DNA from: Pseudovirgaria hyperparasitica
Lineage: Eukaryota
Assembly (NCBI GenBank): GCA_010093815.1
Contig: ML996565.1
Length of the DNA: 64,000 nucleotides
Direction: 5' to 3' (one strand)
Part shown: one piece after another, positions 1 through 12,634 of the stretch
How the letters are laid out: each line of letters begins with the position of its first letter
Position numbering within the stretch: position 1 is the first letter of the stretch
Position numbers and translations under genes: made by a program
The notes under the pieces: model-generated
What the model was told of the DNA's origin: nothing
Database searches by the model: none
Seen by the model: the letters and a program-made list of their open reading frames with translations, nothing else

Positions 1-62
1 TATATGTCGAGTAGAATGGGTATATCAGCGGGTGTGGCTGGCAGAACTGCGAGGCTGTTCAT
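1..62 (-). CDS. 5' end of a possible GNAT-type acetyltransferase running off the window
   Basis: ATG at 62 on the minus strand gives MNSLAVLPATPADIPILLDI, resembling the (R/P)ATxxDIPxL start of fungal GNATs. Only 20 codons are visible. Confidence 0.35.
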   Translation of the reverse strand, partial: MNSLAVLPATPADIPILLDI

Positions 63-1837
63 TATGGTGTAGAAGATTCCTCCAAGTTCGATTGCTAAGG
101 TGCGAAATGAATACCAGTTGTGGAATGGTTCTTGCTACTGCCCTATAATAGCGTAATAACCAGTAAACTGTATATTAAACAATTAGCCACTAATCTGCAG
201 TTTTATCTTGCTTAATCAGTGTCTTTAGGTATACCCGGCCAAGAATTGCTGGGTATAGCTAGCTACAAACACTCGGAGAATTACTCGTCGTGCTTACACA
301 TGCCGAGGTATTATCTCAGGCTTCTTAGTTCGGCGTAGTGTGAGAGCTGACAGTTATATGCGCGCAGTGATGCAGTCTCTACATCGATCAGCAACGACAT
401 ACACAATTCTATAAAACAAGAGCTCGAAGGAGTCGCCGAAGAGACCCATTCATTCTGTCGAGAATGTAGACTCGTAGACTAGGAAGACTCAATAGGAATA
501 TCCAAGGGGTCTCTTGGAAATGTCACAGAGCAGCCTTCAAACCCCCTGACGTGAAGCTTACATGAGGCAGAATGGGATGTATGACAGGGCTGAAGACCTA
601 GCATTCTTTGCAGTTGTTATAGGGTTCGTAGAAATAGTGTAACGTGTGAAAGTCGAGAGCCCGGAGCAAGGGACATGACATTGCCTTGTCGTTGTTGTTT
701 CAGCCTTGACAGCGGATACCTGGTCTGGGACGATGACTGACTTCTCACTAGTGCCTAACATGGCTAGCGGTTTTTGCTGTGAACGACCTCCGAATGCCAA
801 GGTATTACGACTTTAACCCATCTTCCCTGCTCCATCTCTTGAACGACTTCATCCGTCACACGCTTCCGAGGACTACTACGTCACGCAAGCTGTGCTAAAT
901 GCATCAGTTTCACACACTCATTCCTCAAATATCTCAAATGAGTATGATTCCAAGATTCCGTGTTGCCTTTCGCTGTAGTCACAGTTGCAAGACAAGGAGT
1001 TGTCAGCGAAAGTTCTACGGTCATTATTCACTCAATGAAAACATTCACTGACTAGCATGACACCATGGGTCTCTTTGCGGCTGTTCCTGCCTTCCAGTGT
1101 CTTCCAAACCGATTTGAAAGAGGTCAGATGAAGCTTCAGCCATGCGCAGACTGGCGCCAGGGACCCTCTTCTCCACCAGGGCAAACCTGGATATCAACAC
1201 CGTTGAACTGTCTCGTACTACACTTCTTCTTAGTATTCTAATCCCTCGCGTGAAGACAAAGTAGCCTGATGGTTCCCAGGGCGAGGATGTTGAGTGTATA
1301 AGGTATCTTCTTCATTCTTCCCAAGACACCCGCAGTCCATCTTGCAGCCTTTCATTTTGCTTTCAAATTTCCTACCGTTCTCAGTCACGTCTAAGAGTCC
1401 GTGCATTCTGTTGTTTGTATATTTTGATGGTTAGAGAAGCCGCTTGCGTGCTAGCAGCAACTCACTTCGTTTGTTGTTGTTGTGATACACGCAAATCGAC
1501 ATTGTTATGCTGGAAACGGAAAATTTGCTATGGTCCAGCCAGTCACACATTGACATTGATGTCGATAGCCGATCAGTTTCCCGAAGTTTCTCGCCGTTGT
1601 GTGAGTCTTGTCTTTTCCCATCCCTCCACCGGCGCGAGGTGCATTTCCAGTCGCGTTGTCAACATCCATGTACTACGAGTCCCCCCATTCCTGACGTTGC
1701 TCACTGCATGCGTTGAAGCTACCGAATGCGGGACGTCATCTAACATCTCTTCCGTCTTTTAAGATACCTGTCTTGCTCGGATTCATGCCGCCATCATTCA
1801 GTCTCCTTCACGCAAACAAACATTGTTCGATCCCACT

Positions 1838-3553
1838 ATGTACTCTTTCCAAAGGCCTTACGGGCCGTCACCAGTGCCCTTCTATCATCATTACGTTCCG
1901 CAAAATCCGCAATATGCCCCTCAGCACAGGCTTCGATCTTCGTCTTCCTTCCCGGTTGCCCCTCAGACTATCCCTAAGTCACCGCCGAACTATGTCAATC
2001 GCGAGCAACATCCTGTACCGAAAGGTCCCCCGGTACGCAGATATATGCAGCCTATGAACAAGCACGATGGGTTGTCTCTTGTTGCTCATTGCTTTGGGCT
2101 CAAAGATGCCTCTTACATGAACATTCCCAGGGATGTGGTCTTCGTTGCACACGACTTCGAAGCATACACTCCAGCACATTCTGGCAAGCGGCCGGTTACA
2201 GAAGCTGGTGTTGCTTTCTTTGACACACGAACCATCAATCGTGTTGGCGACCCTGGACAGAATGGCGAGAATTGGCTGGCCCAGATTATGGCAGCACATC
2301 TTCGCGTGGAGGATCGAGGTCATCTTATCAACCGCCACTGGGCTCAATCCTGTGGGCATCAGTTCGACTTTGGTCACAGCCAATGGGTCCCTATTGAGGA
2401 CATGAAAACCCTCCTCGATCGTACTGTTTGCATTCCGGATAAAGGTCCAGATGTCCCTATATCAGCACGCGACATGAGCAGCAAACCTGCCAGCGACCCT
2501 GACCTCCGCAACCGCAACGTCGTTCTGGTCAGCCACGCATTCCACAACGATGACGGATACATGAAGACTCCAGATATAAACTTCGATTATAGTGCTTATG
2601 GTACCGTGGTCGGTATCGTCGATACGCAGGTCATGGGCTCACGCCAGGGCTTTGAGGGAATGCGTTTTCCAGCACTGAAGCGACTGTGCGGGAACTTCAA
2701 TATTGATCTACTTCATCCCCACAATGCAGGAAATGATGCCGCCTACACTATGATCAGTCTGGTTCTCCTTGGTCTTGAGTATGCTCATCTTCGAGGTTAT
2801 CGCTTCGGCCGTGGTCCGACTAACGCAGCTCCGGCTGTTGCTGAGCTGATGTACAGGCTCAAGGAGGACTATATCCGATACTGGCTCACCAACCCGCCAA
2901 AACCAGGTTATAGATGCCAGATTTGTGGTCGCAAGAATTCACATGCTGCGGAAGAGTGTGAGCTTCATATCAAGTGTGAAGATTGTGGATGCCATGGCCA
3001 TCGTAAAGATCGTTGCCAGCCAGACTGGATGAAGAACGCGAAGTTAGGCTACGGTAATCCCACAACTTTCGCCAGTGAGGCGGATCGCATCAAGCATGAT
3101 TTTGCAGCCAGAGTACGAGAGGCAGCGCTCGCAGCAAACGCTCCTATTCCTCTGGCGACAAACGGCCATTCAGCAGATGTTATCGATAAAGCCTTTCCAC
3201 TACTCCCTGGAAACACGGAATCCTCCTCTAGCGGTAGCGTTGGATGCTCGACCGACAAAGAAGATATTAGTGACATTTCCAGCGATGTCTCGATGCACGC
3301 AATGTCAACTGCATCCAGTTCTCCCCCAAAAGGGCCAGCCAAAGACAGAGCTCGCACGAACGGACAGCACGGCGCCTCAAGTAGTGAAATGCAGTACGTG
3401 GACCGTGTACAATACCGACAACCAAGGATCTTTGCGGCAGGCCATTGTATTGTCTCATCCAAAAGCAGCTCTGATCCTTTATCTGCCATTGATATCAATG
3501 GAAGGAGAGGGAAGAAGAATTGGACGAAACTGGAGCTGAATTTCGCGAGCTGA
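1838..3553 (+). CDS. QIP/Gfd2(YDR514C)-like DEDDh 3'-5' exonuclease with two CCHC zinc-knuckle-like motifs
   Basis: Intronless ORF with first ATG at 1838. Motifs are VFVAHDFEAY (DxE), VTEAGVAFFDTR, VSHAFHND and HNAGNDAAYT, followed by CQICGRKNSHAAEEC and CEDCGCHGHRKDRC. Confidence 0.8.
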   Translation: MYSFQRPYGPSPVPFYHHYVPQNPQYAPQHRLRSSSSFPVAPQTIPKSPPNYVNREQHPVPKGPPVRRYMQPMNKHDGLSLVAHCFGLKDASYMNIPRDVVFVAHDFEAYTPAHSGKRPVTEAGVAFFDTRTINRVGDPGQNGENWLAQIMAAHLRVEDRGHLINRHWAQSCGHQFDFGHSQWVPIEDMKTLLDRTVCIPDKGPDVPISARDMSSKPASDPDLRNRNVVLVSHAFHNDDGYMKTPDINFDYSAYGTVVGIVDTQVMGSRQGFEGMRFPALKRLCGNFNIDLLHPHNAGNDAAYTMISLVLLGLEYAHLRGYRFGRGPTNAAPAVAELMYRLKEDYIRYWLTNPPKPGYRCQICGRKNSHAAEECELHIKCEDCGCHGHRKDRCQPDWMKNAKLGYGNPTTFASEADRIKHDFAARVREAALAANAPIPLATNGHSADVIDKAFPLLPGNTESSSSGSVGCSTDKEDISDISSDVSMHAMSTASSSPPKGPAKDRARTNGQHGASSSEMQYVDRVQYRQPRIFAAGHCIVSSKSSSDPLSAIDINGRRGKKNWTKLELNFAS

Positions 3554-4185
3554 TCAGTTCCCATGTACTGGATCGAAACGATTCCCTATTGACTTTTTCC
3601 CTCTTACCGCTCGCCCGAGACTGGTTTTGGATTTTCATGATGTTGGCATTGTTGATCGTAGCTGTCTGGGATATTGTTTGGGTGTCAGCAATTAAAATCC
3701 AAAGAACATTTTAGTTTATGGGACTAAGGTATGGGATTGGAGTTGTTTGAGTATGATGTCTCTTTTTGTCTGCAGCTATCACTGTATGAGAGTGGCTACT
3801 TGGCAAGTCATTAGTTGCGACTAGCTTAATGATGATGCTTCACAATGAGACTTTGCTCCGCGTAGTACTCGGGTCTAATACATGACTTTGCTCAGCAATA
3901 CGTCGAACTCTTGACGCTTAAAACAACCAAATAACATCCTCATCAAGCTCGATAGACAATTACTGTCACAAGCGCAATCATTAGCGGAAGACTACTGCGA
4001 GCGAAGAAGATTCCATCGTAGGGCTGAAAACCAAGTTAGTAGCAACATTTTCGGGAATCCACTTTTTTGAGCGCCGGAGCTCAACGCCAACGCCTCAGCA
4101 CCAACGTTTTCCATCCAAACCATCAGCTCTCTCCAGATAATTCCTCCTCTTTCCCTCCAATCTTCCATCCTCTTTAGATCTCATA

Positions 4186-5693
4186 ATGCTTGCGAGGACG
4201 TTCCGCAGCAGCGCTGCTGCTCCGTTACGGCGCAACGCTTATGCCCCAACGTTTCGACGAGCTGTCACTACTGATGCGGCCTCGTCGCACGCGGACCCGG
4301 AGACTGTCCCAACCGTGAGTCTATCATTCGACCATCTCAGAAAAGCTTTAATACTGACATATGCTTCTACTATAGGAAGATGACAAGCCCTTTGAGGTTC
4401 GTCTGTCCGACGAGTCTTTCGAGACATACGAACTCGACCCTCCCCCGTACACCCTCCAGACGACCAAGAAGGAGCTGAAGCAGATGTATTACGACATGGT
4501 TGCTGTTCGGTATGCACATAAACTTGATATCAGCCGTAATTTAGAGATCTTTTGTGGCTAATTGGGTCTCGCAGTCGCATGGAAATGGCCGCCGACCGAC
4601 TTTACAAGGAGAAGAAGATCCGGGGTTTCTGCCATTTGTCAACAGGCCAGGAAGCTGTCGCTGTTGGTATTGAGCATGCCCTTGACAGGGAGGATCATGT
4701 AATCACTGCATACCGTTGCCATGGTTTCGCTATGATGCGTGGTGGCACCGTCAAGTCGATCATTGGAGAACTGCTCGGCAGAAGAGAAGGTATTGCCTAC
4801 GGCAAGGGTGGATCTATGCACATGTTTGCACCCGGTTTCTTTGGTGGCAACGGTATTGTCGGTGCTCAGGTACCTGTTGGTGCTGGTCTGGCGTTTGCCA
4901 ACCAATACATGGGCAAGAAGAACACTACGATCGCGCTATACGGTGATGGTGCGTCGAATCAGGGTCAGGTTTTTGAGGCCTTCAACATGGCTAAGCTATG
5001 GAACCTGCCGGTCATCTTTGGATGCGAGAGTATGCTTTTTTTAGTCTCGAGAAGGGATAGAATCCATACTGACAGCCCCTGCAGACAACAAGTACGGTAT
5101 GGGTACCGCCGCCAACAGAGCCGCTGCTTTGACCGACTACTACAAGCGTGGCCAGTACATCCCTGGTCTCAAGATCAATGGCATGGACGTACTCGCAACC
5201 AAGGCTGCTGTACAGTACGGAAAAGAGTGGACTCAGGCCGGCAAAGGACCTCTTGTATACGAATACGTCACATACAGATACGGTGGTCACTCCATGAGTG
5301 ATCCTGGAACCACTTACCGAGTCAGTAGATCTAGTTTACGGACGGACATATTGATGACTAACAAGATGTTAGACTCGTGAAGAGATCCAGCGCATGCGTA
5401 GTACCAACGACCCAATCGCCGGCCTTAAGCAGAAGCTCCTCGACTGGGGCGTCACCTCCGAGGAAGAGCTCAAGTCGATCGACAAGGAAGCCCGCAGCAA
5501 TGTCGACAAGGAGGTTGCTGAAGCCGAGGCCATGGAGCCACCAGAGCCAACTGCTCAGATCCTCTTCGAGGACATCTACGTCCGCGGATCGGAGCCAGAC
5601 TTCATGAGGGGCAGAATACCAGAGGAGAACTTCTACTACACCCAGGCTGATATTCCGGTACCAAAGGAGGCTCCCGCCGTCGCGAGGACGTAA
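4186..5693 (+). CDS. PDA1: Pyruvate dehydrogenase E1 alpha subunit, mitochondrial
   Basis: Arg/Ala-rich presequence, [23 protein letters not shown] motif [10 protein letters not shown] and [16 protein letters not shown] introns at 4315-4375, 4510-4574, 5030-5084 and 5321-5372 restore one frame. Confidence 0.98.
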
Positions 5694-5978
5694 TAAAGTT
5701 TATGGTACCGAGTTCGGGGATTGAAGCGTTTGTCGAGGTCTGTATCTCTATAGTTTGAGCCTGCTGTGTCATATTGTGAGGGGCTTTTTCTCTTGCCAAG
5801 ATAGAATTTCATACCAAATTTTCTCACTCGTCACAGCGCGGGTCAGGACCGCAATGATACATAATCGATGACACTATTTAAACAACCTCCCCATTATAAT
5901 TACACCTCTACTATCGAACTAACGGGCCATTATTCCCGGGAACCCATTATCTCCCTCAGACTCGCCCCTCGCACGTGC

Positions 5979-6994
5979 TCAGATACCTAACACCACTCCT
6001 CGCAACGCAACCACCACAACAGTAGCAACAACAATCAGACTTACACTCATAACCCCTGCTCCACCAGCCATCGGCGGCGCACTCTCTTCAGGCGGACACA
6101 CGTCATCAACCGACTCACAATGCACCGGCCCACCCGGGATCCCGCCAGGCGCATCCGGGGCCACACTCGGCTGAACCACGAGCGTCGTCGTAGGCGACGG
6201 GGGAAGTAGACATTCACGTCCGGCACAAGGCAGCAGGACGGGAGGCTCCGCGTCCGGAGCCGGACTCTCAACGCAGTCGTTCCCAGTGCAAGCAATGTCT
6301 TGCGGCGGGACGTCGATGGCGATGATGGTACCACAGTCGGCGCCGTTGTTGCAGGGCAGCGTGCTGCTAGTGTCGGGAGGGGAATCGCAGTCTGTGCCGG
6401 TGCAGAGCGCTGGTGGTGCAGATGCTGTTGCTGGAGGACCCGGGGGAGATTGGCAAGCTGGGCCGTTGCAGACTGGAACTAGGGGCGTTGGAGCTGGGGC
6501 AGAGGGACAGTGCGGGCATGGGAGGGTGAGAGTCAGATGTGAGGTGATGGTTGAGGTTTCGTCGGTGGTATATGTGGAGAGGCCGGTGGGGCAAGGGGCG
6601 ACGACAGTGATTGCGCATATTGTTGTATATGTTGTTTCACTGGATGAATAGGTTAGTAGGAATTGAGAGGTTTGATAGGGGAGTGACTACATACATTACT
6701 GTTGTGATGGGTTGGTAGGGGTCTGGTGGGTATGCTGGGTCTGTTGGGTAGCCTGGAGGGGAGATAGGGGTTGCTGTGGAGGAGGTGGTGTTTGGGTATA
6801 GGTAGCTTGATAACCCGTAGGATGGAGATATGCCGGTTGGCGCGATGATGCCAGTGCCATAGGCTATGGTGGATGTATTGAAAGCAGTGGCTAGGGCGAA
6901 GAAAAGAGTGACTAGCAGAAGAGGAGATAAAGAACGTAGGTTGAGCCTTAGATAGTTCAGCGTGTGAGGAAATGTTCAATGAGCTCACCTACAT
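5979..6994 (-). CDS. Secreted Pro/Thr/Cys-rich, probably GPI-anchored cell-surface protein
   Basis: Spliced model has AT(6994-6993), intron 6992-6947, then G CTC AAC, giving signal peptide MLNLRSLSPLLLVTLFFALATA. A second intron lies at ~6692-6641. Repeated Cys pairs and a hydrophobic tail VMSVSLIVVATVVVVALRGVVLGI precede the stop at 5979. Confidence 0.7.
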
Positions 6995-9252
6995 GTTGCA
7001 ACTGTTGCGCTTGAATCAGGGACTCTCAAGTATCTATCTTGATGATCGAAGCGGTAGTCAAAGAAGAATGGAGAAGTAACAGCCTGAATAGAAACGAGTG
7101 TATGGGCTGAAAGGAAAGGAGAAACAGGAGACGCAGAATACTGCTGGAAGAAAGAGCTGATACTTTGAAACAGACATCATTGAGATCTTGAGACTATATT
7201 ATTTCATAGCTATGAAATTAATGCCCCTGGAATGAATCCCAAACAACACAAGTTCGCCACAATATGAGTGCTCAAACGTCAATGCAGACTTGATGTGACG
7301 CATGGCATGTGTTTTCTACAGCACTCAAGGTGGTCTGGTAGCAATGATTCAATGGACCGGGTCCCGATTGGGATAACCATGCGTTTCTTGTGTACAGCGT
7401 AAGACGATGCCTGTGTCTCTTTCAAATCAAGAGTTGAATTTGGTGGATCCGGTTAGATGCATTGGAGAGAGGAGGTGTACCACACTCCTTTCCTCATAGG
7501 TGGTCAATACCCTGACTGTGCTACAGCGCGGGCCAATTCTCTGCGAGATCCTTGCGTCGACATCGCCGACAGCCTTGTTGGTAGAGTAATATATCAACGT
7601 CGGTTTTGTCCCACGGTGGCTCAATCTCTTGTCTTTGAAGATTCCTACAAGGCTGCAGCTTCGAGTGGATGATGTAGAGAATTGCCACGAGAAAGTCGGC
7701 AGATCTGCCGTTGGAATGCCACTATGGTCTTTCTCAGCTAGACAAGCTCGAGTGAGTGGAATGTTATCAGGCAGGTCGACACTGACACCCGAGAATTGGT
7801 CAAGGTGGAAGCATTTACAACTCGGACTCGGCGTGGCGCCCAATGAGATCGGATAGAACGATGGCACCAACCCATCAGCTCGCTACGATAATGACATTTG
7901 TTACAAAGGCTGAACCAGCGGCTATTCCATCGATATGTATGTCTGTGGCATGGCATTTGGTGCCGAGGGGTGTGGCAGTGCTTCAAGCAGAAACAATACG
8001 GTAAAGTATTGGCGATAGGCGGCTAATTTGGGACCTGGCGGAAGGGCCCACCTGCCCAATCGAGACTATTTAGCACGAGGAACACGCCGACGCTCGAGCT
8101 ACAGACATCCCGAGGCTAAGTACCCCTAATCAACCATGTACCCCTGCAGCGCGCTAGAGCCAAGACGCGGCAGTAAGCGCGGAGGCTTTATCAACTCCAT
8201 CACACTCACAGCCAATCACCATTCTGATTGCGCATCTGGTTCTTCACAGTATCGACAACAACAACTCATGGCTGTGGCAGCTGGCAGTGTGATGAAGCGC
8301 ATGTACATGGATGTGGAGCACTCTTCGCGTCTACTCGTCCGCTCGTCATTCGCCTTCTCCGATTAGACGTCGACCGCCTTGTGAAGCTCATCCAATCCGA
8401 ACCACTCATGGCATCGCAGGCTTGTGTTTGTTGGCCAGGCTATTCAATAGACCGACCCCACAGATACACCCATGCAGCCTGTCACCCCCGTCACACTCCC
8501 GTCCATCGCGAGGCTGAAACTCTTTCGGTTGGTTTGTTGCTTGCTCGTCCTCATCACGCCCGCCGCCCTCTGCTGATATAAAATCAAGCACGAACTGCAT
8601 CCCATCGCGCGGCATCTCCAGCCTGATCCAGATCTCCGTGTAACGGCGATGCAGACAGTTACAGACTACTGCTGTTCCCCTGGGTCCTGGCGCTTGAAGT
8701 AGTACAAGTCGGCGCCGAATTGTGCATGATGCAGCAGCCAGAACAATCACGCCGCAACTGATTTCGATGTGGGAAGCAGAAAGACGTCGAATCGTTGAAT
8801 CAGGCCAAGGATATGCCCGTCGTCCCGCTCCTTGGGCTAACAAATCCGTCGTGCCCGCAAGTGAAGCCGAACCTCACTCAGTGACATTTACTCTTCATTG
8901 GTTGATCCTTCTCCTAAACCTGCGTGATGGAACTCAAAACTGCTGGAATGTGCCGCATGGTGATTGACGCTCCATAGTGTCCGTTATACATACCACCGCC
9001 ATATGAAGGCCCGTCCGCCCTCCGCCCTCCGCCCTCCGCATCTAGCCTTGTTCTCAATCTCACAATACGTTGCAGCGCAATAATGTCGAGATAGATTCAG
9101 GATCCTTGGGAGTAGGAGCAACAAGTTTCCCCAGTGATTTTTTGATAAGCTTGATCCCTCAAGGTCCATATCATATTCTTGCGACCTCCAATCCGGGATA
9201 TACACAGCGTCGCATCTGGCCCAGCGTCACCGTTCCCAGGAAACCAGTAGTC

Positions 9253-9932
9253 ATGTTTGGCTACGTTGCACTCACCACCATGGCGTTCGCCTGGCGGACA
9301 TATGCTCAAAGCTCAAGGTACGTCTAACGCGATCGTCAATACTTGCGCAGTCGTTTCCCATCTGGTCAAGTCAAAGCTCAACATCTTACACAATAAACAG
9401 TGAAAGTCCAAGCACCTTCAGCCCGAGCAGCGAAAGCCCAAGCGGTGCCTTCCCCACATCGACCGTATACTTCGCACCTGTAACCATCACCAACCCAGCA
9501 TCATGCACAAAGACCAGCTTTGCATACATCGCCATGGAGTCTGTCACCGAGCATGAAGACGTTGCCGCGACCATGACTCCCTGGACGATTACGAGCTTTA
9601 CAACGACCCCTGATATAGCAAACCCGACTCCTTTCATTCAAGTCGACGTCTTCCTGACCCAACAGCCGTTTTCCATCAGTCCGAATCCAGAAGAACTCGC
9701 ATTTCAAAAGGCCTGCTACGATCCTCGCGCAACTATATGTCCATCGTCTTCACCCATTAGTGGGCCGCCCCATGTGGGCTGTATGAGTGCGTTCCCCGGT
9801 GGACAAGTCGCGAATCCGCCTCCCCCGGTGCCAAGTCAAGGTGCTGGTGCTGGTTCTGTACAGTCCTCACAGGTCGTTACACTATCAGGAGCTTTGATAG
9901 CTGGCTCGTTAGCGTTTCTTTTTGGCCTTTGA
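9253..9932 (+). CDS. Small secreted Ser/Thr-rich, probably GPI-anchored protein
   Basis: ATG 9253 gives MFGYVALTTMAFAWRTYAQ (signal-like). A GTACGT donor lies near 9318, the body is S/T/P-rich, and the C-terminus is hydrophobic (VVTLSGALIAGSLAFLFGL). Confidence 0.7.
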
Positions 9933-10582
9933 ATGCGCACAGATACGGCGAGGAGGCTTTTGATGGTGGCGGATTGTGCCATGGCTTGAGTACGCAGTAA
10001 TTCAGTCGGTTACCATTGATGGAAGGTTCAACGCAGACAACTCATTTAGGATACCCCTATCTTTCACGTGCTATAGCACGTCGTACCTTTTTGTTTATGC
10101 ATTAGTCAGCTTCGTATCTCTTGTCGCAGCGTTATGCCGGGCATTGCTGTATTGAGGATTGAGCATTGATGAGATATTCAATACCGTGATGATACATCAA
10201 ACGTGTTGTCACCTGAACTAGCTCTCGTATACCCACGATATTGGCGTGAGAGGCATCGTCTTGATCAACTTTCAATCGATGAATTCAGCATCAACCTTTA
10301 CCTTGGAACTGAACTGGTGAATGATCGGACTCGACGAGGATTGATATTCTTGAAGAATGGAAACCATATCTGGATACGTATCTTATTACAGTGATGGCTC
10401 TTGGCACTACAAATTGCAAGCGAGAGCGTCATCCCACTCTGCACCCGCCCCGCCAAAACACTCGCGACATCAACAAATTCCGCAACCGAATCCCTTGAGC
10501 ACTCGTAGGACTCAAGACACGCCCCTGTCATAGACCGAATCCTATGGAAACATCGTAGATCGATAAGTCCCTTAAAGCCGCC

Positions 10583-12634
10583 ATGTCCCTCTCTTCCCTC
10601 GCGGCGCTCCTCTCCAAAACCAAACTTGATGATCCTGAAGACGTCCTGCGCGCCGCAAACGAGGCCCTCAAGAAGAACAGGACGAACCCCGAAGCACTGC
10701 ATGTCAAAGCAATCGCACTGCTAAAGCTTGACCGTTTTGAAGACGCTCTCAATGTGTTCGAAGATGGCGGGAACAAATTGCAAGAGACGGCTGCTCTGGG
10801 CTACAGCTATGCCCTGTACAAAGCCATGGAGCTTGAAAAAGCCGAGGAGGTAGCATCAAAGGCAGAACAGAGTAGAGGAATCAGCCATGTACTTGCACAA
10901 ACATTATACCGAGCCGAGAAGTTTGATCAGTCGGCGAAGCTCTATAGTCAGTTGTCATCACAAGGGCCAGAGCAAGAGGAAGAGGAGAACGACCTACGCA
11001 TCAACAGTGGTGCTGTCGATGCGCAATTAGAATGGCAAGGAAATGGGAGTCTCGTCAAGAAGAAGAAGCCGGACAGGGTTGACATGGAGGCGTTTGAAAC
11101 TGCATTTAATGCTGCTTGCGGGAGTGTCGCGCGGGGAGAACTGGCCCAGGCAGAGATACTACTGAAACGAGCAGAAGGTTTGTGAGGAATGAGTAGCTAC
11201 GATGATAAGCTAATGAAGATAGATCTCTGTAATTCCTTAGACGATTTGACAGATGAGGAGAAGAAAGCTGAAACTCTACCCATCAATGTTCAGCAGCTAT
11301 ATGTTTTCTCGATGCAGGGTAAAACGGATGCCGCTGAAAAGCTATCTGCTAGATTGGATATTAATCAGTCAGTTATCTTGAGACCCTGCCTATTCAACAG
11401 CCGTACTGACAATGGCAGGATTCCCGACCTATCGACCCGACGCATTGCACAGCTGAGTTCATTATCTTCAGCAAAAGAGACCTCAAATCCCTACCTGATG
11501 CATCGTCTGACACATGCCGCACCATCCACACCAAAGAGCGATGAACCATTCCGCTTCCAGTCCTCTATATTGCGCCAGAATACCCATGTTTTAGATTTGC
11601 TTGCGTTGAAGTACAGCGGAGTCGCGAACTCGACGTCATCCTACATTGCAAAGAATGCTGACGCCTCGCCGACATCTACCAGTCCGTTCTCAGTCATCAA
11701 CGCTGCTGCACATGCTCAGAACCAGACTGGAAAGGCGGCGATAAAAGTATTGGTGCCATTGCTAGAGAAGAGACCAAACGATGCCGGTCTCGTACTTGCC
11801 ATTGTGCATCTATACCTTCTCACTAACAATCACGCTGCGGCAGTCCATCTCTTGGAAGGATTCTTCAAGAAACTCGAGCAATCCGAATCGTCCAAGGACC
11901 TAGATGTTCGATACTCGCCTGGGCTTATAGCAACCATAGTTTCGCTTTATGCCGCCCAAAGTCGCAAATCACACGGCCGAATAGAACTCGCCAAAGCAGC
12001 AAACCACTGGCGCACAAATTCTAAAGGCTCGCAACCGCCCGCATCACTCCTCCGCGCCGCCGGAATATCGCTCCTGGACTCAAACGACGAAGACGATCTC
12101 AACGAAGCCGGTGCTATCTTCACCGCCATCAATGCGCATGACCCATCCGATCAGGCTGCTGTCGCCGGGCTGATTGCAGCATATGCAACCTCCGACCCCT
12201 CGAAACTTACCGACTCTCAAATCGCCCTTCTCCCGCCTACTGCGCGCCTCATACAGAATATTGACGCTGCGGCCCTTGAAGACGCTGGCGTCGCTGTTCC
12301 ACCACAGCCAGCCACAACTACAAGTAAGAAGCGGGCAGCGCCCGAAAAGGAGAAGCCCACAAAGCCGCACAAGATCCGGAAGACCCGTATGCCAAAGGAC
12401 TATGTCGAGGGCAAAAAGGTCGATCCCGAGCGCTGGCTTCCGCTAAAGGATCGCAGCTATTACAGGCCCAAGGGACGCAAGGGAAAGAAGAAGGATGCAG
12501 GACTCACACAAGGCGGAGTCGTCGCAGAGGACAAACCCTCTGCGCCAGAAGTACAAAAGAGTGGTGGTGGTGGTGGCGGCGGAGGAGGTGCGCAAAACAA
12601 GAAAAAGAAGAAGGGCAAGGGCGGGAAGTGGTAG
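10583..12634 (+). CDS. SRP72: Signal recognition particle subunit SRP72
   Basis: TPR-like N-terminus (KAIALLKLDRFEDAL) and C-terminal RNA-binding motif DPERWLPLKDRSYYRPKGRK. Introns at 11178-11222 and 11368-11418. Confidence 0.96.

Noticed and set aside
7300..8950. Several short overlapping ORFs between the two GPI-type genes
   Set aside because: No recognisable motif or coherent splice model. A decayed gene cannot be excluded.
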